Source of the DNA: Candidatus Saccharimonadota bacterium
Lineage (GTDB): Bacteria > Patescibacteriota > Saccharimonadia > Saccharimonadales > UBA10212
Assembly: GCA_016187125.1 (NCBI GenBank)
Contig: JACPKF010000009.1
Span: 11,855-75,854, forward strand
DNA length: 64,000 nucleotides
Direction of reading: 5' to 3'
How positions within the stretch are numbered: the stretch's first letter is position 1; each line of letters starts with the position of its first letter. Under the pieces are notes generated by a model. It saw only the letters and a program-made list of their open reading frames with translations, was not told the origin of the DNA and did not search any database. This document shows, piece after piece, positions 15,634 through 25,329 of the stretch. Both the position numbers and the translations under genes were made by a program.

Positions 15634-16749
15634 ATGGTAAAACAAAAAGTCCGAAAATTTGCCTATGGCAGTAGACTGTTAGCAGCGCTAGTACTGAGCA
15701 TTGTTATTGTTGGCGGCACGGCCGGACTTGTGCGAGCCGATCAATTTGATGAGCAAATCCGCAGCTTGCAGGAACAAAATGCCTCAAATCGCCAGACGGC
15801 TAATCAGTTAGCTGTTCAGGCTTCTTCTTATCAGGATGCTGTTGATCGTCTTAGCCTGCAAATCAATAGTATTCGGCAAGCAATTTTAGACTACCAACAC
15901 CAAAGCGACCAGCTTCAACAGCAAATCGAGGTTCAACAGACCGAGCTGGACAGGGAAAAGAAAGTCCTTGGCCAAAATATCAAAACTATGTATCTGGAAG
16001 GCCAAATTTCGACCCTGGAAATTTTAGCCGCCAGCAAAGATCTTAGCGAGTTTGTCGATAAACAGCAGTACCGTAATTCTGTCCAGAGTAAAGTTAAGGC
16101 TACCTATGACAAAATTACTGAGCTAAAACTCGAGTTGCAGCAAAAACAGCGAGAAATTCAGAGCCTCATTAAGGATCAGCAAGCCCAGCAAGCCCAACTG
16201 GACGCATCATTAAACCAACAAAATCAACTGTTGAGTTATACGGAAAGCCAAAAAGCTGGCTATGACTCGCAGATAAAAGCCAATAATTCCCAAATTGCCG
16301 CTTTGCGCGCGGCCCAACTAGCTGCTAACAATCGGCTGGGCGGCTCTGTAGAGCCGGGGGATCCTGGACATGGTGGTTATCCGGCACAATGGGACCGAGC
16401 GCCGCAAGATAGCTTGCTAGATAGTTGGGGAATGTTAAACCGCGAATGTGTTAGTTATACCGCCTGGAAAGTCTTCGAAGCCTATGGCTATATGCCGTAT
16501 TGGGGCGGTGTTGGTAATGCTAATCAGTGGCCAGCCAACGCCCAAGCTGCTGGTATTCCTACCGGCTCGACTCCCAAGGTAGGCTCCGTAGCCATTTCGA
16601 TGGGCGGAGCCTTTGGCCACTCTATGTGGGTAGAAGCCGTTAATGGAAATATCATCCGTGTTAGTCAGTACAATTTCGATCTGGCCGGGCACTATAGCGA
16701 GATGACTGTTAACGGTTCTGGGTTTATTTATATCTATTTTGGACAGTAG
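15634..16749 (+). CDS. PcsB-like secreted coiled-coil protein with C-terminal CHAP peptidoglycan hydrolase domain
   Basis: Signal-anchor-like N-terminus, long Q-rich coiled coil, CHAP Cys/His (NRECVSYTAW ... GHSMWV). ATG 15634 is preferred over the track GTG 15538, which lies inside the hairpin. Confidence 0.8.
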   Translation: MVKQKVRKFAYGSRLLAALVLSIVIVGGTAGLVRADQFDEQIRSLQEQNASNRQTANQLAVQASSYQDAVDRLSLQINSIRQAILDYQHQSDQLQQQIEVQQTELDREKKVLGQNIKTMYLEGQISTLEILAASKDLSEFVDKQQYRNSVQSKVKATYDKITELKLELQQKQREIQSLIKDQQAQQAQLDASLNQQNQLLSYTESQKAGYDSQIKANNSQIAALRAAQLAANNRLGGSVEPGDPGHGGYPAQWDRAPQDSLLDSWGMLNRECVSYTAWKVFEAYGYMPYWGGVGNANQWPANAQAAGIPTGSTPKVGSVAISMGGAFGHSMWVEAVNGNIIRVSQYNFDLAGHYSEMTVNGSGFIYIYFGQ

Positions 16750-16781
16750 GATCACTCGGCCCAAAATCTCTCAGACCTTTC

Positions 16782-16920
16782 GCAAACACTAATGAATATC
16801 TTCTAGCTTGAGTCGCGCCAAAAGAACTCCCTACGGTCAGCCCCTCGTGTTTATAAATGAGACTTGGGACTGACTTTTGGCTTGATTCGACTCTCGCTCA
16901 GCCGATATTCATCGGTTTGC
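16782..16920. repeat. ~139-nt imperfect long hairpin
   Basis: Four paired segments: GCAAAC/GTTTGC, ATGAATATC/GATATTCAT, GAGTCG/CGACTC, GCCAAAAG/CTTTTGGC. Confidence 0.6.
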
Positions 16921-17016
16921 TTGGGGTTTGTTCACTCTTTTCGACTCACTTAACAGAATGCCTATATCCAATCAGGGCTCGTCAGATGTCCGGGAAAAAT
17001 AAGGCGAATGATCTTT

Positions 17017-17092
17017 GCCCAGTAGTAGACTTTCGCGACTGTCCGCCATAAGCGGACACTTTCGCGAAGCGACGCGAAAGCTCACTACTGGG
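17017..17092. repeat. nested-palindrome element, family A, copy 2
   Basis: Left arm identical to copy 1 (GCCCAGTAGTAGACTTTCGCG), inner hairpin TGTCCGCC-ATAA-GCGGACA, right arm CGCGAAAGCTCACTACTGGG. Confidence 0.85.
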
Positions 17093-17131
17093 TTTGATAT
17101 AATTAAGCGTAAGTAATTTGGGAGACTATCA

Positions 17132-18376
17132 GTGGATTATGTAAATCCTGAAGTTCAAGAACATAGCCCTAGCAGCTCCAAGCGATGGCCAGTCTTTAAG
17201 ATCCTGGCTGTATTTTTTTTGACTTTGGCGGTTTTTGGCTTGGGCCTGGAAATTGGCAGGGGTAAGCTTTATGTTCGGGGTCTAAGCACCGGTGAATCTA
17301 AAACCTCGGCTGCACAGCTGGATTATACATCGGTAGATCAGCTGTACACGCTGCTTCGCAATGATTACGATGGTACACTAGATCAAAATAAACTCCTAGA
17401 CGGAGTAAAAAGCGGACTAATAAGTGCCACCGGTGATCCTTATACGCAGTACTTTAATCCTGATGAAGCCAAAACCTTTAATGATCAGTTATCCGGTAGC
17501 TTTACAGGCATCGGAGCAGAGCTAGGCACCGATGCCGACAATAACATTGTGATTGTGTCGCCTCTGGCTGGTTATCCAGCTGAGAAAGCTGGCCTTAAAC
17601 CCAAAGATATTATAGTTGGAATTGATGGTCAGACCACCGCTGGTCTAAGTGTAGATAAGGTAGTCCAAAAAATTCGCGGTCCAGCCGATAGCAAGGTTAC
17701 CCTAACTATAGTTAGGAGTGGAGTAAAACCGATTGAAGTAACCGTTACGCGGGCCAAAATCACTATCGCCAGCGTGGAGTCCAAAGTTGAGGCAGGCATT
17801 GGCTACCTAAAAATCACCCAATTTACTGATGACACCCCAAACCTTGCCAAAAAAGCTGCCGATAGTTTTAGGCAGCAAGCTGTCAAAGCTGTAGTGCTCG
17901 ATCTTCGAGGTAACCCAGGTGGTTATTTAAATGGCGCGGTTGATATTTCCAGTCTTTGGCTTGAGCAGGGCAAGACTGTTGTATCCGAGCGCCGCGGCGA
18001 CAAAATTCTGTCCACTGATTACGCTAAGGGCAATAATGTTCTCAAGGGCTTGCCAACAGTAGTTTTAATAAACGGTGGTAGCGCCAGCGCCAGCGAAATT
18101 ACGGCCGGTGCGCTGCGTGATAATGGTGTCGCCAGTTTGGTAGGCGATAAAAGCTTTGGCAAGGGCAGCGTCCAGCAGGTGGAAAGATTGTCCGGTGGCG
18201 GGGAGCTTAAGGTTACTATTGCCCGCTGGTACACGCCAAGCGGTAAAAACATCGATAAACAAGGCATTAACCCGGATATATCAGTCAATTCAACTGATGA
18301 CGATCAAAAAGCCGGTCGTGACCCTCAAAAAGACCGGGCCATCCAAATTTTACAGAGTAAAATAGGCGGCCAGTAA
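17132..18376 (+). CDS. ctpA: S41 C-terminal processing (tail-specific) peptidase
   Basis: PDZ region followed by the S41 core (DLRGNPGG, GSASASEI, KGS). GTG start with GGGAGA upstream. Confidence 0.88.
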   Translation: MDYVNPEVQEHSPSSSKRWPVFKILAVFFLTLAVFGLGLEIGRGKLYVRGLSTGESKTSAAQLDYTSVDQLYTLLRNDYDGTLDQNKLLDGVKSGLISATGDPYTQYFNPDEAKTFNDQLSGSFTGIGAELGTDADNNIVIVSPLAGYPAEKAGLKPKDIIVGIDGQTTAGLSVDKVVQKIRGPADSKVTLTIVRSGVKPIEVTVTRAKITIASVESKVEAGIGYLKITQFTDDTPNLAKKAADSFRQQAVKAVVLDLRGNPGGYLNGAVDISSLWLEQGKTVVSERRGDKILSTDYAKGNNVLKGLPTVVLINGGSASASEITAGALRDNGVASLVGDKSFGKGSVQQVERLSGGGELKVTIARWYTPSGKNIDKQGINPDISVNSTDDDQKAGRDPQKDRAIQILQSKIGGQ

Positions 18377-18400
18377 TTAGCAAACACTAATCAGGAATTA

Positions 18401-18460
18401 GCTAATTTCTAGTTACTAGTTGCTAGTTTCTGTGATAGTATCTAGTAGTTAATGCTTAAG
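18401..18460 (+). repeat. heptamer array upstream of pyrG
   Basis: GCTAATT TCTAGTT ACTAGTT GCTAGTT TCTGTGA TAGTATC TAGTAGT TAATGCT in one register. Confidence 0.85.
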
Positions 18461-18482
18461 GCAAGCAGGTAGGAGCAAAAGC

Positions 18483-20096
18483 ATGGCATTTGGAGCCAAG
18501 CCTCGTACTAAATATATTTTTGTTACTGGCGGCATGCTATCCGGTGTAGGTAAGGGAATAACGGCTGCCTCTATTGGCACCATTTTAAAAGCCCGCGGCT
18601 TAAAAGTTAATATTCAGAAATGCGATCCTTATCTTAATGTTGACGCTGGCACACTTAATCCAGCCGAGCATGGCGAAGTTTTTGTAACTCACGACGGCAC
18701 CGAAGCCGATATGGACCTTGGTCATTACGAAAGATTTTTAGATACCGAACTTAGCCAAAGCAGCAGCTTGATGTCGGGCAGAATTCTGCGTCAGGTGATA
18801 GATGATGAACGAGCTGGCAAGTACTTAGGTAAAACAGTTCAGATTATTCCTCACGTTACAGCGGCTATCCAGGAATTTATTGAAATCAGTGGCCAAGGTT
18901 TTGAAGCACACATCGTCGAAATCGGCGGTACAGTTGGCGACTACGAAAGCTTGAGTTTTATAGAAGCCATACGTGAAATGGCTATGACAGTCGGACAAGA
19001 GAATTGCTTGTTCGTGCACGTTGTATATATTCCCTATTTGGGAGCTAGTCGAGAGTTCAAGACTAAACCGGCGCAGAACGCTGTTCGGGAGCTAAGAAGC
19101 CTAGGTATCGTGCCGGACGTGTTAATAGCTAGAAGTGACGCAAAGCCACCGCGTTCTGTGCTACCCAAACTTAGTATGTATAGTGGTGTAGACCAAGAAG
19201 CCATAATCCTACTGCCTAACGCACCGACTATTTATCAAGTACCGTTAGCCCTAGAAGCTGCCAAAATTGCCGAAGTCATCAAAAATCGCCTTGATTTTAA
19301 ATATCATCGTCCGGATATGGGAGACTGGAAAAGAGTTGTTAAGAACGCTACTAGCCAATATCGCAAATCAGTCCGCATCGGTGTCGTGGCTAAATATTTA
19401 TACAATCAAGATACCTATATATCAGTTTTTGAAGCTTTGCGAGCCGCGGCTTGGGCCAACGAAACCAATATCGAAATTGTTTGGATTGACGCCGAGGCTC
19501 TACCAAACGACAAAAAAAAGCGCGCCGAGCTAGAAACTTTGGATGGAATTTTAGTACCTGGAGGTTTTGGTTCTCGGGCAATCGAAGGTAAAATTTTAGC
19601 TGCTACTTATGCACTAGATAAAAAGGTACCGTATTTGGGTCTTTGTTTAGGTCTACAAGTAGCCATAATAGCTGCCGCTCGCCGGGGCGGTCTTGCCAAA
19701 GCTAATTCTACGGAATTTGATCCCGGTACACCAGACCCGGTTATTAGCACGATGGCCGAGCAAGTTGGCAAAGAAAACACTGGCGGCAGTATGCGACTAG
19801 GCGATTATAAATGTCTTTTGGGACAGGGTACATTGTCGCGTAAAGTATACGGAGCCAGTGAAATTGTCGAGCGGCACCGCCATCGCTATGAAGCTAATAA
19901 CGCTTACCGTGACCGGTACGATGATTGGAGCATAACTATCAGTGGCCTGTCTCCCGATAGCAATTTGGTTGAGATGATAGAGGCCAGCGGCCATCCATAT
20001 TTTCTAGCCACCCAAGCTCATCCCGAATTCCGTTCCCGTCCGGCCCGGCCACATCCGCTGTTCGTGGGCTTTATCAAAGCCGCTCTCAACAAATAG
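18483..20096 (+). CDS. pyrG: CTP synthase
   Basis: 537 aa with an N-terminal synthetase domain (GGMLSGVGKG) and a C-terminal glutamine amidotransferase (GLCLG, HRHRYE). Confidence 0.95.
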   Translation: MAFGAKPRTKYIFVTGGMLSGVGKGITAASIGTILKARGLKVNIQKCDPYLNVDAGTLNPAEHGEVFVTHDGTEADMDLGHYERFLDTELSQSSSLMSGRILRQVIDDERAGKYLGKTVQIIPHVTAAIQEFIEISGQGFEAHIVEIGGTVGDYESLSFIEAIREMAMTVGQENCLFVHVVYIPYLGASREFKTKPAQNAVRELRSLGIVPDVLIARSDAKPPRSVLPKLSMYSGVDQEAIILLPNAPTIYQVPLALEAAKIAEVIKNRLDFKYHRPDMGDWKRVVKNATSQYRKSVRIGVVAKYLYNQDTYISVFEALRAAAWANETNIEIVWIDAEALPNDKKKRAELETLDGILVPGGFGSRAIEGKILAATYALDKKVPYLGLCLGLQVAIIAAARRGGLAKANSTEFDPGTPDPVISTMAEQVGKENTGGSMRLGDYKCLLGQGTLSRKVYGASEIVERHRHRYEANNAYRDRYDDWSITISGLSPDSNLVEMIEASGHPYFLATQAHPEFRSRPARPHPLFVGFIKAALNK

Positions 20097-20098
20097 TT

Positions 20099-20203
20099 GA
20101 ACATAGAACCTAGATCAAAGATCATTATTTTATCCCCGAACATAGATCATACGATCAATGATCTAAGATCTAATAACGTTCTAGGCTCAAAGATCAATGA
20201 TAT
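20099..20203. repeat. heptamer-periodic spacer (GATC-containing units)
   Basis: GAACATA GAACCTA GATCAAA GATCATT ... CATAGAT CATACGA TCAATGA TCTAAGA TCTAATA ... in one 7-nt register over ~100 nt. Confidence 0.7.
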
Positions 20204-20206
20204 CGT

Positions 20207-20479
20207 TTATTCTACTGTGACTTCGGTACGAGGCATAGTCCGTCCGGAAAAATTTTTAACTTTACGCGGTACAAATTTAACCACACCGTTTTTAGCGGCA
20301 TGAATTGTGAAATTACGACTCATGAATGTACCTTTGCCAGAACGCTTAGTCATACCAATTTGACGAACGATTATATCTCCAGTTTTAACCGTCTGCCCAC
20401 CGGATACTTTGATACCCAGGCGTTGGCCCGGGCTGTCATGAACATTCTTGGCTGTACCGCCGGCTTTGGTTTTTGACAT
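20207..20479 (-). CDS. rpmA: 50S ribosomal protein L27
   Basis: 90 aa with an L27 pattern (KAGGTAKN ... RLGIK ... GDIIVRQ). Confidence 0.93.
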   Translation of the reverse strand: MSKTKAGGTAKNVHDSPGQRLGIKVSGGQTVKTGDIIVRQIGMTKRSGKGTFMSRNFTIHAAKNGVVKFVPRKVKNFSGRTMPRTEVTVE

Positions 20480-20504
20480 GAGTTGCTCCTTCTAGTCGCG
20501 CGAA

Positions 20505-20591
20505 GATTAGTGATTTTTTGATTAACGATTAACGACACGTGTGGTTCTTTAATCCCTAATCCCTAATCCCTAATCGTTCTAATACTAATAG
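20505..20591. repeat. heptamer arrays, including (TAATCCC)x3 straddling the methyltransferase stop codon
   Basis: GATTAGT GATTTTT TGATTAAC GATTAAC ... TAATCCC TAATCCC TAATCCC TAATCGT. The stop (20556-20558) and the last 5 codons lie in the array. Confidence 0.85.
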
Positions 20592-21848
20592 TTCACGAGC
20601 GACGATTTGATCTTCACGAAAATAAATCAATTCGTCGTTTTTAACGTGAACGAAATCTATCCGATTATAGCCCATATCTGTTAAATGGTCAATAACGGGT
20701 AAATGCACAAAACCTTTTTTGTGATAGGTTAAACCTATCACATTTGGGCGCCAGGCTGGCACTGCCAAAGATAGACGTGTACCCTTCGGAATCTGAGCAG
20801 CAATATTACTCAAGAATTTCTTAGTGATGGTGTTAACATCTTGAACTATCTCATTGAGTTTTTGAGGGACTGGCAGCTCACTCAGCGGTCTGCCCAAATA
20901 AAGCTCACTGGCTACAGCGTCGAATTGTTGTTGCCATTTATGATTAGTGGCGTCAGCTTGAAATATCTCGAACCTCGAACCTTGAACGTCGAACCTCGGA
21001 AGCAGCCAATCAAGGTTTGTTTTTGAGAATTCAATCATTCTAGGCTCGATATCGCTGCCAATAGTGTCATACCCCATCAAAAGCGCTTCTTGTAGGATGA
21101 CTCCGGTACCACAAAACGGATCCAAAACACGCAAAGCGCGTGTAGTCTTTAGTCCCAAGTCGCTAGTCGCTAGTTTTTTGACTGCCGACTGCCGACTGCC
21201 GACTGCCGACTCAATCTCGCCGACGGCGAGATTAATTAGTATCTGTGCCAGCTTTGGTGGCAACATCCCCACCCGCGCATCGCGCTTTGGCCGGGCTTGA
21301 TCCCGAGCGGCGTAGGCTTCTATGTCCTGGACAAAAAACGTTTGGGCAAGATATGTTTGGCTACCATTACGAATCGCTAGTAGTTCCCAAGCCCCGCGAC
21401 GGGTAAGTTTATTATGCAAAACTTGAGCGCTGTTTAGCTCAAGCGTCTTATTAGGCACAATTCGAACAGAGCGGCCCTGAGCGCGAATAATCTTTTTGAG
21501 CAATAGAAGATCAGTGTTAAGCTTACTCACGGGCAGTTCCAAACCGTAAAGACTGACGCCCAGCGTAAAGGTGCCCCCCGGTACGTGCTGTAGGTGCCTT
21601 GGGATATTTTCGGTCAGATATTTATATATTTTTTTCCAATCGCTCGCGGGCAATACATTGAGCAATTTAGCAACCTTTAGAGTTCCGCCTAGGCGCTTGA
21701 AATTAATTTCGCCGGCTGGGATATCTAATAAAACGCCGTGTTTAATGGGTTTTATTTGCTCAGCACCATATAGACTCTCAAGCTCAACTAGGCCGAGTGT
21801 CGGCTGACGACCTAAAATACAAACAGACTTGGCTGCAAACTGACTCAT
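20556..21848 (-). CDS. putative SAM-dependent RNA methyltransferase (UPF0020-like core, THUMP-like N-terminus)
   Basis: SAM motif I VLDPFCGTGVILQEA. The family call is weak. Contains in-frame heptamer tracts at 20967-21000 and 21158-21210. Confidence 0.65.
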   Translation of the reverse strand: MSQFAAKSVCILGRQPTLGLVELESLYGAEQIKPIKHGVLLDIPAGEINFKRLGGTLKVAKLLNVLPASDWKKIYKYLTENIPRHLQHVPGGTFTLGVSLYGLELPVSKLNTDLLLLKKIIRAQGRSVRIVPNKTLELNSAQVLHNKLTRRGAWELLAIRNGSQTYLAQTFFVQDIEAYAARDQARPKRDARVGMLPPKLAQILINLAVGEIESAVGSRQSAVKKLATSDLGLKTTRALRVLDPFCGTGVILQEALLMGYDTIGSDIEPRMIEFSKTNLDWLLPRFDVQGSRFEIFQADATNHKWQQQFDAVASELYLGRPLSELPVPQKLNEIVQDVNTITKKFLSNIAAQIPKGTRLSLAVPAWRPNVIGLTYHKKGFVHLPVIDHLTDMGYNRIDFVHVKNDELIYFREDQIVARELLVLERLGIRD

Positions 21849-21898
21849 CGGCCTTTTTAGTATAGCTACTTTGGACGAGCAATATATAATTATCGTTA

Positions 21899-22939
21899 GT
21901 GAGTGAGCAAAAAAAAGCTAAATGGCGAATTTATCTGACGATTTTTACCTTCGCGGCGCTCATCGCGTTAGTCTATAAACTGCGCGCCCAGATTGTTGAT
22001 GTACTTAACAATCTCAGGCACATCCACTCGGCTATATTACTGCTTATCATTCCATTTGAAGTTATAAATTATCACGCTTATGCCGAGCTTTATAAAAGTT
22101 TGTTCGCGACCTTTGGCAGAAAAGTAAAATACTGGCCGATGTACCGCCTGGCCGTGGAGCTGAATTTTGTTAATCAGATTTTACCAAGTGGCGGCGTTAG
22201 CGGCATTTCCTATTTTGGCCTTAGGGCCAAAACTTTCGATATAAGTACGCCAATAGCAACTCTGGCTCAGTTTATTAAAATGATGTTTTTGTATCTTAGC
22301 TTTTTGCCGCTACTGATCCTGGGCCTTTTCTTTTTAGCTATCAAGGGCCATGTAAATAACCTAGTTATCATGGTGGCGACCTTAATAATAACCTTAGTTA
22401 TAGTCGGTACACTGTTGGTTATATACATTATTGGTAGCCGTTCACGAATAAATACTTTTTTGACTCTGCTAACCAAAATTGTTAACGGCGTTATTCATGC
22501 CGTGCGGCCGCATCATCCAGAAACAATCAACATTATCCGTGCCCAAGCAGCCTTTGACGAGCTGCACGATAACTATCAGATTTTCAAAAAGGACCTAACA
22601 AATCTAAAAAAACCGTTCTTATATACCATGCTGGCCAACGCCACCGAAATTGGCGCCTTGTATAGTGTTTATCTGGCGTTTGGTCATCCGGTCAACCTTG
22701 GGGCAGTTATTTTGGCTTACGCTGTAGCTAATTTCGCCGGACTTGTTTCAGTACTGCCGGCCGGAATTGGTATTTATGAAGGTTTGATGACAGCCGTTTT
22801 GGTGGCTACCGGCATCCCAGCCCAACTTAGTATTCCGGTAACGCTTACTTACCGTGTCATAGCGCTGTTCATTCAACTAACCCCTGGTTTTATTCTCTAC
22901 CAAAAGACACTGCACGGCAGTCTGGCAACCAAAAAATAA
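21899..22939 (+). CDS. polytopic membrane protein (UPF0104 / LPG-synthase-TM-like)
   Basis: 346 aa with ~8 predicted TM helices and a GTG start; resemblance judged by eye only. Confidence 0.55.
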   Translation: MSEQKKAKWRIYLTIFTFAALIALVYKLRAQIVDVLNNLRHIHSAILLLIIPFEVINYHAYAELYKSLFATFGRKVKYWPMYRLAVELNFVNQILPSGGVSGISYFGLRAKTFDISTPIATLAQFIKMMFLYLSFLPLLILGLFFLAIKGHVNNLVIMVATLIITLVIVGTLLVIYIIGSRSRINTFLTLLTKIVNGVIHAVRPHHPETINIIRAQAAFDELHDNYQIFKKDLTNLKKPFLYTMLANATEIGALYSVYLAFGHPVNLGAVILAYAVANFAGLVSVLPAGIGIYEGLMTAVLVATGIPAQLSIPVTLTYRVIALFIQLTPGFILYQKTLHGSLATKK

Positions 22940-22940
22940 A

Positions 22941-23435
22941 ATGACCACACTTTGGATTATTTGGGGGTTGGCAATTGCTCTTATCTTAACTTCCGGCGTG
23001 GTACTACTTTTTGGCGCGCCGTACATACCGACTCTCAAAAAACAACAAGCAACCGCTCTTGATCTGCTTGCTTTAAAACCAGGGCAGGTGGTTTATGATC
23101 TGGGCTGCGGTGATGGACGTTTTTTAGCGGCGGCGGCGCGGCGTGGGCTTAGGGCTGTGGGTTATGAACTTAATCCTTTTATGGCACTGATTGCCTGGAT
23201 TAGCACCCGCCGCTACCACCGGCAGGTTAAGGTCAAATGGGGTAATTTTTGGCAGGCCGACATCGGAGAGGCTGACGGTATATTTGTGTTTTTGCTGGAC
23301 CGGTTTATGCCCCGGCTTGATAAAAAGATTAAGGCCGAAGCTAAAGCAGGTATTAAACTAGTTAGCTACGCGTTTAAAATCCCCGGCAAGAAACCGGCAG
23401 CTACAAAGAGCGCGCTGTTTCTTTATATCTACTAG
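22941..23435 (+). CDS. membrane-anchored class I SAM-dependent methyltransferase
   Basis: N-terminal TM helix plus motif I VYDLGCGDGRF. Confidence 0.7.
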   Translation: MTTLWIIWGLAIALILTSGVVLLFGAPYIPTLKKQQATALDLLALKPGQVVYDLGCGDGRFLAAAARRGLRAVGYELNPFMALIAWISTRRYHRQVKVKWGNFWQADIGEADGIFVFLLDRFMPRLDKKIKAEAKAGIKLVSYAFKIPGKKPAATKSALFLYIY

Positions 23436-23436
23436 C

Positions 23437-25329
23437 TTAAGCTGCTAGCCTGATTATTAAAGCGGCTGCAGCACGCGTAACTTTTTCTAAGTCCTGTGGC
23501 GTAGAGTAAGCATCAGGATGGTGGGCAAGGCCGTTGTTACGGCTTGGAGAAAAAAGCATGATTGTTGGCAACCCGGCACGGGCGGCATTTTGAGCATCAT
23601 GGCCGGCTGCACTAAACATGCTTACTGCAGAGCCAACCTCGAATTGATCAATGACATCAAGTGCCTTTAAGGCTAAGTCGTCATCCAGCTCGACTGGGTC
23701 GCCACTACCGGGCAATAGTTCACCAAAGTTAATCTCGGCGGCTGTACCAAGCTTCTTCGTCCGGCACTTAATTTCTTTAATCGCTTGTCCTCTGGTAGGG
23801 GCATCAATTCCTCTAATATCCAATCGAAGCGTTAACTTTCCCTCAGCACTAGTGCTAAAAGTACCGACAGTACCGACAACATTTTTATTAGCTAGATTTT
23901 CCGCTTCTTGATTAACGGCTACGACTAGCTCCAGTGCACTTTTTTGACGCCGGCGCATAGCCTCAGGCTCAAAAAACTGCCCGCCTTGATCGACTTCCTC
24001 AAGAGCTATAGGAGAGTCATCAAACCGCGTCTGATGTTGCCTATGCTGACTGTTACGCGTAAAGATCTGATTCTCGAGTGCTTCTGTTAGCTCTTGTAAC
24101 TCTTCTTCACTGTTGCCACCGACGCGTAGCTCAGCTTTAGTAACTCCTGGTACTTTATTAATTGCTTCGGCTTCAACTTCAATTTTACCGATTGCTACTA
24201 AAAGGGCTGGGATTCCACTGTCTATAATCGGCAGTAAAGTATTCGCTAACTCGACCAAACCATCTGCCCGGTTTTGACTGCCCATTGGCGTGGTACCGGA
24301 ATGATCGGCTTTACCATCAACGGTTAGCTTAAAGTATTTCATATAAGGATAGGTAGTATTATCTAGTGTAAGCGGAGAATTACCTATTCCCACCTCATAT
24401 CGATGGGGTGTAGCTATTGATTCGACTACTCCAATATCAATGCCCATTCTGGCTAAAATATCACCTTGCTCAACATGTGTTTCAATCACAAAGCCAGGCG
24501 CAGCAATCGCGTTACCCTTGGGGCCAATAAAAGGCTGGGTAGTTATATCCACACCCGGGCCCAACGCTTCACGTATGCTTTGATCGGTATCTTTCCGCGA
24601 GCCAAGATCTTTATCTTCCAGACCGTGGAAAATAGCCTTACTACCGAATAGGGCAATGTTGAACCGAGAAGATTCTTCGCCAGTTAGAGATGCAATAATT
24701 ATGTCTGCTGATGGTTTAAAGCCTGCTTCTTGCATAGCTTCAACAGCGATTATCGGACCAACTACTCCAAGTACGCCGTCATACATATCGCTATTCGGCA
24801 CGGTGTCCGTGTGGGATAGGGTCATGACTGCGTTGCGCTCCGGGTCGCTACCTCTTAAGCGTCCAAAGACAGCTAATGGATGGCGGTTATCGATCTCCAG
24901 ACCGGCAATCTCCATCATATTAATGATTGCCATACGGCCTTCGTAATCCGCTTTAGTTAAAGCCGGACGATTAGTTGCGTAGCGCTTTGGTTGCTCAAGA
25001 GTTGGCTCTAAGGCCGTGCCACCAATGCTGGCAATTTCTATCAGGCGCCGCTCAATTTCTTGTCCATCTATAAGACCAAGAGTTGTAAAGGTAAGTTCTT
25101 CTAGCTCGCCCTGGTGAAAGAGATCACTTAAAAGATCACGTGCTCCTTGTGCAGCAGATGGATCTCCGCTTTGTCTATCAGCTTCAGTCATAAGAATATT
25201 ATAAAAACTTTTGACTATATGGTCAAACTCTACTTGATAAGCTGACCTATCTCGTTTACCATAAGCGTATATGGAACCGAGTAACAAAAGTTCTACAATT
25301 TCTTTAGTTGTGATTATTATTTTGGCCAT
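23437..25329 (-). CDS. M20-family amidase (carbamoylase/allantoate amidohydrolase-like) with N-terminal extension
   Basis: SHTDTVPNSDMYDGVLGV and a downstream M20 pattern. The start is uncertain (M47 at ~25191 would remove the overlap with the divergent gene). Confidence 0.7.
   Translation of the reverse strand: MAKIIITTKEIVELLLLGSIYAYGKRDRSAYQVEFDHIVKSFYNILMTEADRQSGDPSAAQGARDLLSDLFHQGELEELTFTTLGLIDGQEIERRLIEIASIGGTALEPTLEQPKRYATNRPALTKADYEGRMAIINMMEIAGLEIDNRHPLAVFGRLRGSDPERNAVMTLSHTDTVPNSDMYDGVLGVVGPIIAVEAMQEAGFKPSADIIIASLTGEESSRFNIALFGSKAIFHGLEDKDLGSRKDTDQSIREALGPGVDITTQPFIGPKGNAIAAPGFVIETHVEQGDILARMGIDIGVVESIATPHRYEVGIGNSPLTLDNTTYPYMKYFKLTVDGKADHSGTTPMGSQNRADGLVELANTLLPIIDSGIPALLVAIGKIEVEAEAINKVPGVTKAELRVGGNSEEELQELTEALENQIFTRNSQHRQHQTRFDDSPIALEEVDQGGQFFEPEAMRRRQKSALELVVAVNQEAENLANKNVVGTVGTFSTSAEGKLTLRLDIRGIDAPTRGQAIKEIKCRTKKLGTAAEINFGELLPGSGDPVELDDDLALKALDVIDQFEVGSAVSMFSAAGHDAQNAARAGLPTIMLFSPSRNNGLAHHPDAYSTPQDLEKVTRAAAALIIRLAA

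Noticed and set aside
20550-20570. Telomere-like TTAGGGA x3 (CCCTAAT x3 on the + strand)
   Set aside because: It is one of many heptamer arrays with different words. It is internal to a gene-dense region and overlaps a stop codon, so there is nothing telomeric about the context.
25271-25329. 59-nt head-to-head overlap of two divergent CDSs as a real antisense-overlap arrangement
   Set aside because: This is more simply explained by an over-extended start call for the M20 amidase. An internal Met at ~25191 leaves a normal divergent promoter spacer.
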